The notes below the pieces were generated by a model, which was not told the DNA's origin, made no database searches, and saw only the letters and a list, made by a program, of their open reading frames with translations. A stretch of DNA of 64,000 nucleotides from Atribacterota bacterium (GTDB lineage Bacteria; Atribacterota; Phoenicimicrobiia; Phoenicimicrobiales; Stramentimicrobiaceae): assembly GCA_040767965.1 (NCBI GenBank), contig JAXGNR010000008.1, positions 70,614 through 134,613 of the forward strand. The letters are read 5' to 3'. Shown piece after piece: positions 1-11,070 of the stretch. Position 1 is the first letter of the stretch; each line of letters starts with the position of its first letter. Both the position numbers and the translations under genes were made by a program.

Positions 1-201
1 TACATGTCCAAGACTTTTTACTACTTATCATTGGTAGTTTCTCTTGCTTTTATATTATTTTTAAAAATAAATGAAATTATTGCCATTCTAAAAGGAGAAG
101 CTGATTTGAGAATGGTTGTCCCTGCAACTGAGATTGAGCAGGTGGCAGAAATACAAAAAAAATCCTGGCAAAACAAAAAGAGAGGTGATGAAAAACAATG
201 A
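1..201 (+). CDS. TRAP transporter small permease (DctQ-like), 3' part only
   Basis: Hydrophobic C-terminal segment overlapping the start of a DctM gene (ATGA overlap at 198-201); truncated by the window edge. Confidence 0.65.
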   Translation, partial: YMSKTFYYLSLVVSLAFILFLKINEIIAILKGEADLRMVVPATEIEQVAEIQKKSWQNKKRGDEKQ

Positions 202-1475
202 TTTGGATTATGATTCTCCTGTTTTTTATATTTATGATTATCGGTCTTCCCGTAGCTTTTAGCATGGGCACTTCAGCACTGATTTATATTTTGTCAGAAG
301 GTATTCCTATCTCTATGGTTGCACAGAAATTTTTTACTAATACCCAGTCTTTCCCTTTTTTAGCGGTTCCCTTCTTTATATTATCAGGAAATTTAATGGT
401 TCAATCCGGTGTTGCTAATAAGATTATCAAGTTTGCCAATAGCGTTATAGGTAGATTACCAGGGGCTCTTGGTTGTGTATCGGTAGTAGTTAGTATGATT
501 ATGGCTGGAGTTTCAGGGTCATCAGTAGCTGATGCTGCCTCTACTGGCAGTATTCTTATTCCTGAAATGGTTAAACAAAAATATACCAAATCATTTTCTG
601 CAGCTATTAATGCCACAACCTCAGTGGTGGGTATTATAATTCCACCCAGCAGTACTATGATTATAATTGCCTGGATTACTAATTTATCTGTACTGCAAAT
701 GTTTTTAGCTGGGGCAATACCAGGAATAATATTAGGATTATCTTATTTAGTAATAACTGTTTTAATTTCTATTAAAAAAGATTTTCCCAGAGAGGAATCT
801 TTTAGCTGGAAGAGATTTTTTGAAGCATTTAAAGAATGTGCCTGGGTAGTTGTTTTCCCATTTTTATTATTAATAGCGATTATCTTTGGAATTGCAACTG
901 TTACCGAAATAGCAGCAGTTGCCTCTCTTTACTCTCTATTTATCGGACTATTTGTTTACAGGTCTTTAGACTTTAAAGGTTTGAAGCAAGCGTTCATTGA
1001 TTCGACCAGATCAACAACTGCTGTTATGGCTCTAGTCTGTTCGGCTAATGTCTTCAGCTGGGTTCTTATCAGAGAAAATATCCCACAAATGATTTCCAGA
1101 GCAGTATTATCATTAGAAGTTTCAAATGCGATTATTTTATTGGTTATGATTCTTATCCTGGCAGTTGCTGGTATGTTTGTTGATTTGGTGGCAAATTTAT
1201 TTATTTTTATTCCTATCTTTTTCCCTATAATCAGAGAAATGGGTATGGATCCTATTCATTTTTCAATAGTATTGTTGATAACTTTAGCTTTGGGGTTGTT
1301 TACACCTCCTGTAGGAGCAACCCTTTTCATATCCTGTAATATTGCTAAAATTGGATTGGAAGAAGTTTTCCAGGATTTAATCCCTTATTTTATCGTAGGG
1401 CTGTTGGTGGTTATTCTGGTAGCATATGTTCCTGAAGTAAGCCTATGGCTCCCCAGACTAGTAACTGGGAGATAA
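198..1475 (+). CDS. dctM: TRAP transporter large permease DctM
   Basis: 425 aa polytopic protein with AVPFFIL, GVSGSSVAD, IIPPS and TPPVG motifs. Confidence 0.93.
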   Translation: MIWIMILLFFIFMIIGLPVAFSMGTSALIYILSEGIPISMVAQKFFTNTQSFPFLAVPFFILSGNLMVQSGVANKIIKFANSVIGRLPGALGCVSVVVSMIMAGVSGSSVADAASTGSILIPEMVKQKYTKSFSAAINATTSVVGIIIPPSSTMIIIAWITNLSVLQMFLAGAIPGIILGLSYLVITVLISIKKDFPREESFSWKRFFEAFKECAWVVVFPFLLLIAIIFGIATVTEIAAVASLYSLFIGLFVYRSLDFKGLKQAFIDSTRSTTAVMALVCSANVFSWVLIRENIPQMISRAVLSLEVSNAIILLVMILILAVAGMFVDLVANLFIFIPIFFPIIREMGMDPIHFSIVLLITLALGLFTPPVGATLFISCNIAKIGLEEVFQDLIPYFIVGLLVVILVAYVPEVSLWLPRLVTGR

Positions 1476-1596
1476 ATAATGCCATTAATGCAATAATTTA
1501 TCATGTTTTATTGAAATGTGAATTTCGAAGACTATAAAAATAGCAATAATACTGATACGCAAATCTTGGTTTGTATTAAATGAAAAGGAGATTTAA

Positions 1597-2769
1597 ATGC
1601 CTATTATTTCGTTTAAAGATACTGCTGACTATAATGAACTGACAAAATTGTTAGCAGATTTAATTAGTATTGAAAGTGTAAATCCAGGATATCCCGGATA
1701 TACTAAAGCAGAAAAAGAAATAGCTGATTACATATTTAGCTATTGCAAAAAATTAAAAGTTGACTGTATCCTTGACGAAGTCTTACCTGGACGCTCTAAT
1801 GTAATTTGTCACATTCCCGGAAAAGACAAAAGAGGCCTGTGTCTAGAGTCTCACATGGACACAGTATCTATTCAAAATATGGACATTGATCCATTAAACC
1901 CAGTAATCAAAGAAGGGAAAATGTATGGCAGAGGAAGTGCAGATGATAAAGGTTCCCTTGCTGCCATGATGATGACCCTAAAAAATATTACCAGTTTTAA
2001 TTTAAAACCTTCCACAGATTTGTATTTTGTAGCTGCAGCTGATGAAGAATTCCAACATAGAGGAGTTGATCATTTTTTACAGAAAGGAATTGATTTACAA
2101 GGAGCAGTTGTTGGAGAGCCAACCCAATTAAATGTGATTAGCGCCTGTAAGGGAGTTGTCAGATGGAAAATTACCAGTAAAGGCCTTGCTGGACACAGCT
2201 CAAGACCAGAAGAGGGCCATAATGCAATATATGATATGGTAGATTTAATTAACTTGCTGAAAAATAAACTTATTCCTGATTTCCAGCATAGAAAACACAC
2301 ATTATTGGGGAATCCCAGCTTAAGCGTTGGTTGCATTAAAGGAGGAAGTGCGGTAAATATTATTCCTGATGAGTGTGCAATTGAAGTTGATAGGAGGCTG
2401 CTCCCTGGAGAAACAAGAGAAAGTGCCAAAAATGAAATTTTACAGCTAATAGAAATTCTGTCCAGAGAAAAAGAAATTAAAGAGATCCTAATTTCTGAAC
2501 CTACTACTTATGCCATGCCGGTAGATACAAACCAAAATGAATCGATTGTAAAGACTGCCTTACAGGTTTGCGAAAACATTCTTGGCTATTCTGATTTAAA
2601 GGGAGTAGATTTTGGTTGTGATGCCTCATCTTTTACAGAAAAAGGAATTCCTTCCATTGTATTTGGTCCGGGAAATATCTTACAAGCCCATACAAAAGAT
2701 GAATATGTAACCCTGGAAGAAGTTTACAAGGCTGCAGAAATCTACAGTCAAATTTGTATTAATTTTTAA
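1597..2769 (+). CDS. M20 family metallopeptidase (ArgE/DapE-like)
   Basis: SHMDTV, GRGSADDKG, DEE, GEPT and AHTKDE metal-binding motifs. Confidence 0.9.
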   Translation: MPIISFKDTADYNELTKLLADLISIESVNPGYPGYTKAEKEIADYIFSYCKKLKVDCILDEVLPGRSNVICHIPGKDKRGLCLESHMDTVSIQNMDIDPLNPVIKEGKMYGRGSADDKGSLAAMMMTLKNITSFNLKPSTDLYFVAAADEEFQHRGVDHFLQKGIDLQGAVVGEPTQLNVISACKGVVRWKITSKGLAGHSSRPEEGHNAIYDMVDLINLLKNKLIPDFQHRKHTLLGNPSLSVGCIKGGSAVNIIPDECAIEVDRRLLPGETRESAKNEILQLIEILSREKEIKEILISEPTTYAMPVDTNQNESIVKTALQVCENILGYSDLKGVDFGCDASSFTEKGIPSIVFGPGNILQAHTKDEYVTLEEVYKAAEIYSQICINF

Positions 2770-2834
2770 TTTTTTAATATTGATATTGAAATATTTTAAA
2801 TAAAACATCTTTATCAGATAAGGAGAATTTATAG

Positions 2835-3872
2835 ATGTCTATTAATTTAAGAAGCGATACACAAACCATGCCAACAGAAGAAATGCTTGATGCAATGAGA
2901 AATGCCCAGTTAGGAGACGATGTTTTTGGAGAAGATCCAACAGTTAACCGACTGGAAAAATTATCTGCTGATAGACTGGGAAAAGAAGCGGCATTGTTTG
3001 TCAGCAGTGGAACTATGGGTAATCTTTGCGCTCTTATGAGCCATACTCAACCTGGTGATGAGGTTATTTTAGAAAAAGAGTCGCATATTTATTATTATGA
3101 AGTTGGCGGTTTTTCCAGAATAGCAGGACTGTCACCCCGATTGGTTCCCAGCATAAACGGCATTATGAATCTGGAAAACATTAAATCTGTCTTAAGACCG
3201 GCTGATATTCATTTTCCTGCCCCAAGTTTATTGTGCCTGGAAAATTCACACAACAGAGGTGGAGGAACTATTTATTCAGTAGAACAGATGGATGAAATTA
3301 GTAATTTTGCTCATGATTTAAATTTCAAAGTACACGTAGACGGTGCTCGTATTTTTAATGCTGCAGTTGCTTTAGGTGTGGATGTGAAAAGATTGGTTAA
3401 AGAAATTGATTCAGTAATGTTTTGTCTTTCTAAAGGACTTAGCGCCCCGGTTGGTTCTGTGCTGGTGGGAAGCAAATTATTTATAACCAAAGCCAGAAAA
3501 GCCAGAAAATTATTGGGAGGGGGCATGAGACAGGCAGGAGTTTTAGCAGCTGCTGGAATTATTGCCCTGGAGAAAATGGTTGATAGACTAAAAGAAGACC
3601 ATTTAAATGCTCGATATATTGCTGAAGAATTAAAAAATACTGCAGGATTGGATGTAGATTTAGATAGTGTTCAGACTAATATGGTTTACTGTAATACCGG
3701 CCAGCTTAAAGTATCCCCGGAAGAGTTTGTAGTACAGCTGAATCAAGAGGGAGTACAGGTGCTTCCAATGCCTCCTAATAAAATTAGGATAGTTGTAAAC
3801 AGACATATTTCTCAGGAAGATGCAATAGAGGCAGTAAGGATAATTAAAAAAATTACTGCAAAAAATATTTAA
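2835..3872 (+). CDS. ltaE: Low-specificity L-threonine aldolase
   Basis: LRSDT, GDDVFGEDPTV, HVDGARIFNA, CLSKGLSAPVGS, GGGMRQAG. Confidence 0.92.
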   Translation: MSINLRSDTQTMPTEEMLDAMRNAQLGDDVFGEDPTVNRLEKLSADRLGKEAALFVSSGTMGNLCALMSHTQPGDEVILEKESHIYYYEVGGFSRIAGLSPRLVPSINGIMNLENIKSVLRPADIHFPAPSLLCLENSHNRGGGTIYSVEQMDEISNFAHDLNFKVHVDGARIFNAAVALGVDVKRLVKEIDSVMFCLSKGLSAPVGSVLVGSKLFITKARKARKLLGGGMRQAGVLAAAGIIALEKMVDRLKEDHLNARYIAEELKNTAGLDVDLDSVQTNMVYCNTGQLKVSPEEFVVQLNQEGVQVLPMPPNKIRIVVNRHISQEDAIEAVRIIKKITAKNI

Positions 3873-3950
3873 AATATTTTAAGAAATAGAAGCTGGTCTC
3901 TTCCAATTTAAAACTTTAGGAAGACACCAGTTATATTTTTATATCGTGAG

Positions 3951-4580
3951 TTGTACATGATCAATAAAGAATATCAATTAATAAAAGAATTTTTTAAGAA
4001 TAACCTTTATGTACTAATAGTATTAGGATTAACTACTTTTTCCCTGGTTATGCAATGGTATCGACCAATCAGCGCTTCCTTGGTGATCAGTAATATTATC
4101 TATTATTTTCTTTTGCCAATATTGGTTATAATATTTATCTTTAAAGAAAGCCTTCTTGATTTTGGATTGGGAATTGGCGATTTTCGTATCTGGCTGTTCT
4201 ACTTTTTTATTACAGTACTAATTGGATTACCGGTATTATTTTTTGCTTCAAAATTTTATTCTGTCAATCAATATTATTCCTTAAAATTCAATTATTATGA
4301 TTTTCTTATTTCTTCGGTACCCATTTTATTTGTGTGGGAATTTTTACTGAGGGGTTTTTTATTATTCGGTTTAAAAAAACACTTTGGTCAGGCAAGTATT
4401 ATTATACAAATGGTACCTTTTGTACTAATGCATTTGGGTAAACCCGAAGTTGAAACTATTTCATGCATTTTAACTGGATTATGGTTTGGCTGGATTGCTT
4501 ATCGCAGTAATTCTTTCTGGCCAGCTTTTTTAATTCATGTTTTCATTAATTTTTCAGTGAAATTGTTTGTAAATTTTTAA
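3951..4580 (+). CDS. CPBP/CAAX-family intramembrane metalloprotease
   Basis: WEFLLRG, FVLMH and LIHVFIN motifs in a membrane protein. Confidence 0.8.
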   Translation: MYMINKEYQLIKEFFKNNLYVLIVLGLTTFSLVMQWYRPISASLVISNIIYYFLLPILVIIFIFKESLLDFGLGIGDFRIWLFYFFITVLIGLPVLFFASKFYSVNQYYSLKFNYYDFLISSVPILFVWEFLLRGFLLFGLKKHFGQASIIIQMVPFVLMHLGKPEVETISCILTGLWFGWIAYRSNSFWPAFLIHVFINFSVKLFVNF

Positions 4581-4642
4581 TGAAAATATGATAAAAATAT
4601 ATAAAGTAGTAAAAAATAATCTTTTTAAATGAGGGATAAGCA

Positions 4643-6007
4643 ATGAAAATGAGAACTGAACAGGACAGTATGGGTAAGATAAAAGTGCCGGTAGATAAAC
4701 TATGGGGAGCACAAACCCAACGTAGCTTTATTAATTTTCAGATTGGAATTGAGAAGATGCCCATGGAAATAATAAGATCATTTGCTGTTTTAAAAAAAGC
4801 TGCTGCTTTGGTAAACAGTGATTTAGGGCAACTAGAAAAGGCAGTTGGTAATACTATTGCTATGGTTTGTGATGAGATTTTAGAAGGGAAATGGGATGAT
4901 CATTTTCCTTTAGTAGTCTGGCAAACCGGGAGCGGTACACAAACAAATATGAATGTTAATGAAGTAATTGCCAATAGGGCAAATCAGATTTTGAATAAAA
5001 AAATAGTTCATCCCAATGATCATGTTAATAAATCCCAAAGCTCTAATGATACTTTTCCAACTGCTATGCATATCTGTGCGGCAATTGATCTGGAAAAAAA
5101 ATTATTACCTGTAATTTCATTATTAAAAAATATTTTAAAGCAGAAAATGGAAGAATATCAGCATATTATTAAAACAGGAAGAACTCATTTGCAGGATGCG
5201 GTACCGCTTACCCTGGGACAGGAAATAAGTGGTTGGCTGCGTATGGTAGAAAGAAGTGAAGAGTTTATCAGGAATGGTCTTGAGAAATTAAAAGATCTGG
5301 CTTTAGGTGGAACGGCTGTGGGGACCGGTTTAAATGCTCATCCTGAGTTTGGAAGCAAAGCTGCCCTGGCTATTGCAGATATTTCGGGAATTAACTTTCA
5401 AACTGCTCCAAATAAATTTCATTCTTTAACTAGTCTGGATGAGCTGGTATTTGCCCATGGTGCTGTAAAATCTCTGGCGGTTGATTTAATGAAAATTGCC
5501 AACGATATTCGCTGGTTATCCAGCGGGCCACGCTGTGGAATAGGAGAATTAAATATACCTGCCAATGAACCAGGAAGCTCTATCATGCCAGGAAAAATAA
5601 ACCCTACTCAATGTGAAGCAGTTACTATGGTAGCAGTGCAGGTGATAGGCAATGATGTTACTATTGGCATAGCTGCCAGTCAGGGAAATTTTGAATTAAA
5701 TGTTTTCTTACCGGTGACTATCTATAATTTTTTACAATCAGTCAGATTGTTGACAGATTCAATTTCCTCTTTTACTGAAAATTGTCTTAAAGGGCTTTCG
5801 CCTAATATTGAGAAAATTAATTATTATCTGCAAAATTCCTTGATGTTGGTTACTGCCTTAAATCCTGTTATCGGGTATGACAAAGCAGCTAAAATTGCCC
5901 AGAAAGCTCACATTGAAGGGATAACGCTAAAAGAAGCTGCTATCCAGTTGGGATTTTTAGCGGCAGATGAGTTCGACAGGATAGTTGATCCTCAAAAAAT
6001 GGTTTAA
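4643..6007 (+). CDS. fumC: Class II fumarate hydratase
   Basis: [38 protein letters not shown] signature. Confidence 0.96.
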   Translation: MKMRTEQDSMGKIKVPVDKLWGAQTQRSFINFQIGIEKMPMEIIRSFAVLKKAAALVNSDLGQLEKAVGNTIAMVCDEILEGKWDDHFPLVVWQTGSGTQTNMNVNEVIANRANQILNKKIVHPNDHVNKSQSSNDTFPTAMHICAAIDLEKKLLPVISLLKNILKQKMEEYQHIIKTGRTHLQDAVPLTLGQEISGWLRMVERSEEFIRNGLEKLKDLALGGTAVGTGLNAHPEFGSKAALAIADISGINFQTAPNKFHSLTSLDELVFAHGAVKSLAVDLMKIANDIRWLSSGPRCGIGELNIPANEPGSSIMPGKINPTQCEAVTMVAVQVIGNDVTIGIAASQGNFELNVFLPVTIYNFLQSVRLLTDSISSFTENCLKGLSPNIEKINYYLQNSLMLVTALNPVIGYDKAAKIAQKAHIEGITLKEAAIQLGFLAADEFDRIVDPQKMV

Positions 6008-6082
6008 TAAATGATAAAAAGTAAAAAATAATTAATTACCGAGATTACTGAGAATAAATATTTTTTTGTATAATAAAAATAT

Positions 6083-6508
6083 TTATTGATATGTAAATAA
6101 TTCTTTATCAGACATATTAAGTATTTGTTGTCCTAAATCTTCACAGGTATCTTTTTCGAAATCAAGTAGCTTAATTATCTCAGGTTTCAAAAGTATAGTG
6201 AGGCTTTTGTTGTTTGATTCAAAAAGAGCTTTGATGGTTTCCGGGTTATTTTTAACTTCAATATTCCCTTTGCCCATAGTGCATCCGGTAGAAATTTGCA
6301 GCCCATCTATCAAGCAGGAAGCAGGAGGTTGATATTTCAATTCTGCCTTCACAGTTAAATCAAAATAACCTTTAGCATCTAAGATTTCCAGGGCAGATAA
6401 TCCCATTTTTATACCTAAATTAAGATATGGTCCGGCATGTCCATGCAGCTTTGTTCCTCGGCTAATCATATCATCTATATTATTACGGTTAATGCTAAGT
6501 TTTATCAT
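6083..6508 (-). CDS. FmdE-family (formylmethanofuran dehydrogenase subunit E-like) protein
   Basis: HGHAGP..LG.KMG, SCLIDGLQISTGCTMGKGN. Confidence 0.85.
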   Translation of the reverse strand: MIKLSINRNNIDDMISRGTKLHGHAGPYLNLGIKMGLSALEILDAKGYFDLTVKAELKYQPPASCLIDGLQISTGCTMGKGNIEVKNNPETIKALFESNNKSLTILLKPEIIKLLDFEKDTCEDLGQQILNMSDKELFTYQ

Positions 6509-6558
6509 TAAAAACTCCTTTAAATATGCAAGATTAATTTTTAGTATAAGTCATGTAA

Positions 6559-6585
6559 GTGTTACAAAAAAAATAAAAGTAACAT
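6559..6585. promoter_or_regulatory. Candidate NikR operator GTGTTAC-N13-GTAACAT
   Basis: Inverted repeat between a minus-strand TTGACA (6626-6621)/TAGTAT promoter and the FmdE-like start; resembles the GTGTTAC-N13/14-GTAACAC NikR box. Confidence 0.55.
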
Positions 6586-6797
6586 TCTAACATATCTGAT
6601 ACTATCATAATCAGGTTAAATGTCAAGCTAGACAAAATCATTATTTTTTTAAAATTTTTTAAATATATTGTAATTTTTTTTATTAACCAAAACAAGATAG
6701 TTGCAATCGGGAAATTGTTATACTAAAATAAAATTAATCTCAATGCAACAACAAAAAGAATTAATAAAGTTATTCTATGGGCATGAGGTAATAATAA

Positions 6798-7325
6798 ATG
6801 CAATCTTCGCTAGAAGAATATATTGAAGATTTAATAAAAAGATATCAAGCCCACTATAATGTAGAAGTAAATAAGAATATTGCTGGAAAAAACTTGGATA
6901 TCTTTGCTATTTCTCTCATTGAGCACTTTCGCCATATCCTCACAAAAAAAATAAAAATTGATCATTATCAGGAAAAAGAGATTATTTTAGTAAAAGGAAT
7001 TGATAAATTGGTTGATGTGGAAGAAGTGAAAGAATTTAGCCAGTTCCTTATCAAGGCCTCTCAGGAATTAATCAGCCCTTCCCTGGATATAATGTCTCAT
7101 ACTATCAATGGAATAATTGTATCTTCCCAGGGATTTTCCCAAGAAGCAACCAATACTGCTAAAAGATTCCGCTATGGAAAAACATTTTTTCTGGGAATTA
7201 AAGGATGGTTTGACATTAGATTTCTCTTAATAGATCTGAAAAACAGTTGTATAAATTGTAATGCCAAAGGAAATGAAATTTATGAAGTCTATGATTTCCA
7301 GAAAAGAAAGGAGGGGATAAATTAA
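6798..7325 (+). CDS. Hypothetical protein upstream of cstA
   Basis: 175 aa ORF with GAGGT RBS; no motif recognised. Confidence 0.7.
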   Translation: MQSSLEEYIEDLIKRYQAHYNVEVNKNIAGKNLDIFAISLIEHFRHILTKKIKIDHYQEKEIILVKGIDKLVDVEEVKEFSQFLIKASQELISPSLDIMSHTINGIIVSSQGFSQEATNTAKRFRYGKTFFLGIKGWFDIRFLLIDLKNSCINCNAKGNEIYEVYDFQKRKEGIN

Positions 7326-7417
7326 TTATTTTTATAGAAACAATAAATAATTAATAATTAGTTTTAAATGCTGCTTTCTTTGATTTATTGATTTTTATTT
7401 TAGGGAGGTTTCTATTA

Positions 7418-9037
7418 ATGAATCTTTTAACTATACTAATATTAGCAGTCATTGTCTATATTATTGCTTATTTTGTTTATGGAAGTTTTCTGGATAAACT
7501 AGTTTCTATTGATCCAAAAGCTAAAACTCCTGCCCATGCCATGAATGATGGTGTTGACTATGTCCCTGCGAAAGCCCCGGTGTTATTAGGCCATCATTTT
7601 GCCTCTATTGCAGGAGCTGGACCTATTACCGGACCAATCGCCGCTATTGTGTTTGGGTGGCTGCCTTGTTTTCTCTGGATTGTACTGGGTTGTGTTTTTG
7701 TAGGTGGAGTACACGATTATTTTGGTTTGATTACTTCTGCACGACACAAAGGGAAATCAGTAGGTGAGATTATCGGACAGTATGTAGGTAAGAAAGCACG
7801 AATATGGTTTTTGTTATTTGCCTGGTTAACGTTAGTATTAGTGGTTGCAGTCTTTACAATATTAACTGCAGCAGCCTTTGCAGCCAATGGCTCTGTAGCC
7901 ACCGCAGGATTTCTCATGCTGCTTATTGCTATGGGGATGGGTTATGGAATGTACCGGGCAAATATGAGTTTGCCTATTGTAACTGTTATTGGAGTTATTT
8001 TACTTTTTGTTTCAATTTGGATTGGTTTAAATTATCCCTTCTTATTTTTTAACCAGATTACATGGACCTGGATTTTAATAGTGTACATTTTCTTAGCTGC
8101 TACCCTACCAGTCTGGATTTTGTTACAGCCTAGAGATTATCTTTCATCATTTTTGCTTTATGTAGCTTTAATAGGTGGTTTTCTCGGTATAATAATTGTA
8201 AGACCTGTTCTTGTATACCCTGCAGTAACCACTTTTAGAACCGGAACAGGGTTTTTATTCCCCATGCTATTTGTTACTATTGCCTGTGGTGCAGTTTCCG
8301 GATTCCATTCTATGGTTGCCTCAGGTACAACTGCAAAACAATTGGATAATGAAAAAGATACCAGAATGGTTGGTTATGGAGCTATGCTCATCGAAGGAGT
8401 TTTAGCGGTAATAGCCCTGGGAACTGCTGCTATCTTGACTAGAGAAGGGATGGCCACTGGCCTTGCTGAATGGGGAGGAGCAGTTGGAATATTTGCACAC
8501 GGTTTAGGGAAGTTTATGGCTGGTTTTGGTGTACCTGAACAAACAGGTGTTGTCTTTGGTTCTTTGACAATTTCTGCTTTTTTAATTACTTCTTTAGACA
8601 CTGCTACCCGTTTAGGAAGGTATTGTTTTGAAGAGTTAACATCGGAGAAAATGCCTTCAATCTCTAATCGTTATGTGGGAACAATCGTGACAGTTGTTGC
8701 AGGGGGTGCTTTAGCAATGAGCGGACAATGGAGTGCAATCTGGCCGATATTTGGTTCAGCAAATCAGTTGCTTGCTGGTTTAGCCTTACTGAGTGCAACT
8801 GCCTGGCTGGCACATTTGGGTAAAGACTTTAAAGCTACTTATTATCCTATGGTTTTTATGATGCTGGTTACCATAGCAGCATTGATTAACCTGGTATTTA
8901 CCAACTTTGGCAAAGGTAATTTTTTACTTGCTTCCATTTCCATTCTGCTCTTATTCCTAGCCAGTTTTGTTGTGTATGGAGGATTCCAGGCTTTAGGAAA
9001 ATTAAAAGAGATTAAAGCAAGCCAGGTAAAAAAATAA
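7418..9037 (+). CDS. cstA: Carbon starvation protein A family transporter
   Basis: DGVDYVP, GHHFASIAGAGPI.GP, IACGAVSGFHS, TSLDTATRLGRY; ATG 7418 follows a GGGAGG RBS. Confidence 0.93.
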   Translation: MNLLTILILAVIVYIIAYFVYGSFLDKLVSIDPKAKTPAHAMNDGVDYVPAKAPVLLGHHFASIAGAGPITGPIAAIVFGWLPCFLWIVLGCVFVGGVHDYFGLITSARHKGKSVGEIIGQYVGKKARIWFLLFAWLTLVLVVAVFTILTAAAFAANGSVATAGFLMLLIAMGMGYGMYRANMSLPIVTVIGVILLFVSIWIGLNYPFLFFNQITWTWILIVYIFLAATLPVWILLQPRDYLSSFLLYVALIGGFLGIIIVRPVLVYPAVTTFRTGTGFLFPMLFVTIACGAVSGFHSMVASGTTAKQLDNEKDTRMVGYGAMLIEGVLAVIALGTAAILTREGMATGLAEWGGAVGIFAHGLGKFMAGFGVPEQTGVVFGSLTISAFLITSLDTATRLGRYCFEELTSEKMPSISNRYVGTIVTVVAGGALAMSGQWSAIWPIFGSANQLLAGLALLSATAWLAHLGKDFKATYYPMVFMMLVTIAALINLVFTNFGKGNFLLASISILLLFLASFVVYGGFQALGKLKEIKASQVKK

Positions 9038-9061
9038 AGAATATTTCTTTAATATATTTAA

Positions 9062-9109
9062 TAATTCAATAAAAGAGGCTGACAACTGTCAGCCTCTTTT
9101 ATTGAATTA
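9062..9109 (+). terminator. Intrinsic terminator (perfect inverted repeat)
   Basis: taattcaataaaagaggctgaca-ac-tgtcagcctcttttattgaatta after cstA. Confidence 0.85.
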
Positions 9110-9208
9110 AATTTGAATTATTATTGAAAATAAACAATAATACAGAAAGAAATATTTTTAAAGAGGCAATAAACAATTTTAATTTAAAAATGAGGAAAGA
9201 GAACAAAA

Positions 9209-10195
9209 TTGCAGCCTAAGAAAGTAAATGATTTAGAAATTCCAGTTTTATATTATCTTTCTGATTATTGTTTTATATCCGGAAAAGAATTAAGCAATTC
9301 TTTGGGCATATCCAGAGTAGCTGTTTGGAAACAAATACAAAAATTAAAAAAATTAGGCTATCAGATTATTGCCAGCGGCAAGGATGGTTATAAAATCACT
9401 TCTCGTCCTGACATCCTGTTGGCTGCTGAGGTTTCTAAAATGATAAAAACAAAAGATATTGCAAAAAAAATATTTTATTACAAGAAAGTGGATTCCACCA
9501 ATTCCCTGGCCAAGCAATTATTAAAAAATGAAAATAATAACCTTCCAGAAGGAACAGTATTAATTGCCAGAGAACAGACTGCTGGCAGAGGAAGATTAGG
9601 TAGAAACTGGTATTCACCTAAAGGAGGAGTCTGGTTTACCATTATATTATTTCCTGATCTTGAGCCGGCTTATATAAGCAGAATAACTTTGATGTCTGCT
9701 GTTGTTCTGGTTAATTCCCTGAAAACTCTTTATAACTTAAAGCCTAAAATAAAATGGCCTAATGATATTATTTTCGAAGGTCAAAAAATAGCCGGTATAC
9801 TAACAGAAATGTCTGCAGAGGCGGATAAGATTAACTATATACTGATAGGAATTGGAATTAATGCTAATCTGCAAACAGATTGGTTTCCCTCAGAGATCAG
9901 GAAACAGTCAATCTCCCTAGCAGAAATTTTGCAAAAGCCTGTTTCCAAAGTACAATTACTCCGATTGATATTAGAGAATTTTGAAAAATATTATTCTATT
10001 TTAAAGAAAAGACAATTTTCTCTAATATTGGAAGAATGGAAACAAAATACTGAAACGCTTGGTAAATATGTTACTATTATGTCTGGAGAGAAAACTACTT
10101 CAGGCAAGGTCATAGATATTAAACTGGATGGTTCACTGATCATTAAAGAAGATAATGGTAATTTGCAGAATATCTTATCCGGGACTCTATTATAA
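9209..10195 (+). CDS. birA: Bifunctional biotin ligase/repressor BirA
   Basis: N-terminal HTH (SGKELS..LGISRVAVWK), QTAGRGRLGR, KWPND, KIAGIL. Confidence 0.93.
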   Translation: MQPKKVNDLEIPVLYYLSDYCFISGKELSNSLGISRVAVWKQIQKLKKLGYQIIASGKDGYKITSRPDILLAAEVSKMIKTKDIAKKIFYYKKVDSTNSLAKQLLKNENNNLPEGTVLIAREQTAGRGRLGRNWYSPKGGVWFTIILFPDLEPAYISRITLMSAVVLVNSLKTLYNLKPKIKWPNDIIFEGQKIAGILTEMSAEADKINYILIGIGINANLQTDWFPSEIRKQSISLAEILQKPVSKVQLLRLILENFEKYYSILKKRQFSLILEEWKQNTETLGKYVTIMSGEKTTSGKVIDIKLDGSLIIKEDNGNLQNILSGTLL

Positions 10196-10216
10196 TTTCT
10201 TCAGCTTAATAAATAA

Positions 10217-10255
10217 TTGACAGATCAGTTAACTAAAATTATTATAGAAGTTAAC
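10217..10255 (+). promoter_or_regulatory. bioY promoter with BirA operator
   Basis: TTGACA(10217)-17-TATTAT(10240) overlapped by GTTAAC-N16-GTTAAC (10228-10255), the BirA box geometry. Confidence 0.75.
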
Positions 10256-10276
10256 CATATTTAGCGAGAAGCTGCA

Positions 10277-10825
10277 ATGTTCTTAAAAAAGATTACCTTG
10301 AAAGATATATCTATTGCCTCTTTGCTTGCTTCTTTAACAGCATTAGGTGCTTTTATAATAATTCCTTTATATCCTGTTCCTATTACTCTCCAAAACCTTT
10401 TTACTTATTTGGCAGCTATGGTGTTCGGGAAAAAAATTGGACTTTTAAGTCAAATTATTTATATTTCAATGGGCATAGCTGGGCTACCGGTATTTGCTGC
10501 AGGTAAAACAGGTTTAGGAATACTCTTTGGGCCAACCGGAGGATATCTGTGGGGTTTTATAATTTCTGCCTATATCATTGGCTTTCTGGTAGAAAAGAAT
10601 AATTTACGTCAAAAGGAACATTTCTTTTATTGTGGGTTGCTGGGAGCAACTATCATCAATCTATTTGGAGCGTTACAATTGTATTTGGTGACCAGACTCA
10701 GCATAACCGCTATTTTATTTACAGGTGTAATACCTTTTTTCCCTGGAGATCTTATAAAAGTAATTTTAGCAGCAATTCTCAGCTATAAATTAAAATTAAT
10801 ACTTACTTCTCAGAGAGCGATATGA
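10277..10825 (+). CDS. bioY: Biotin transporter BioY
   Basis: PVPITLQ, GLPVFA, GPTGGYLWGF, PFFPGDLIK. Confidence 0.92.
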   Translation: MFLKKITLKDISIASLLASLTALGAFIIIPLYPVPITLQNLFTYLAAMVFGKKIGLLSQIIYISMGIAGLPVFAAGKTGLGILFGPTGGYLWGFIISAYIIGFLVEKNNLRQKEHFFYCGLLGATIINLFGALQLYLVTRLSITAILFTGVIPFFPGDLIKVILAAILSYKLKLILTSQRAI

Positions 10826-10843
10826 TATAATTCACATATAAAA

Positions 10844-10921
<78 letters not shown>

Positions 10922-11070
10922 TAAATTTTTTCTTTACATAAAAATACTTTCAAAAATTAATTATTTTATTCAAAAAATACAATTAATAAATCCAGAATAT
11001 ATTTATCTGCTTTTTCAAGGCCGAATTTTATGATAATATCATAATACATAATATTAAGGAGGTAATAGTT

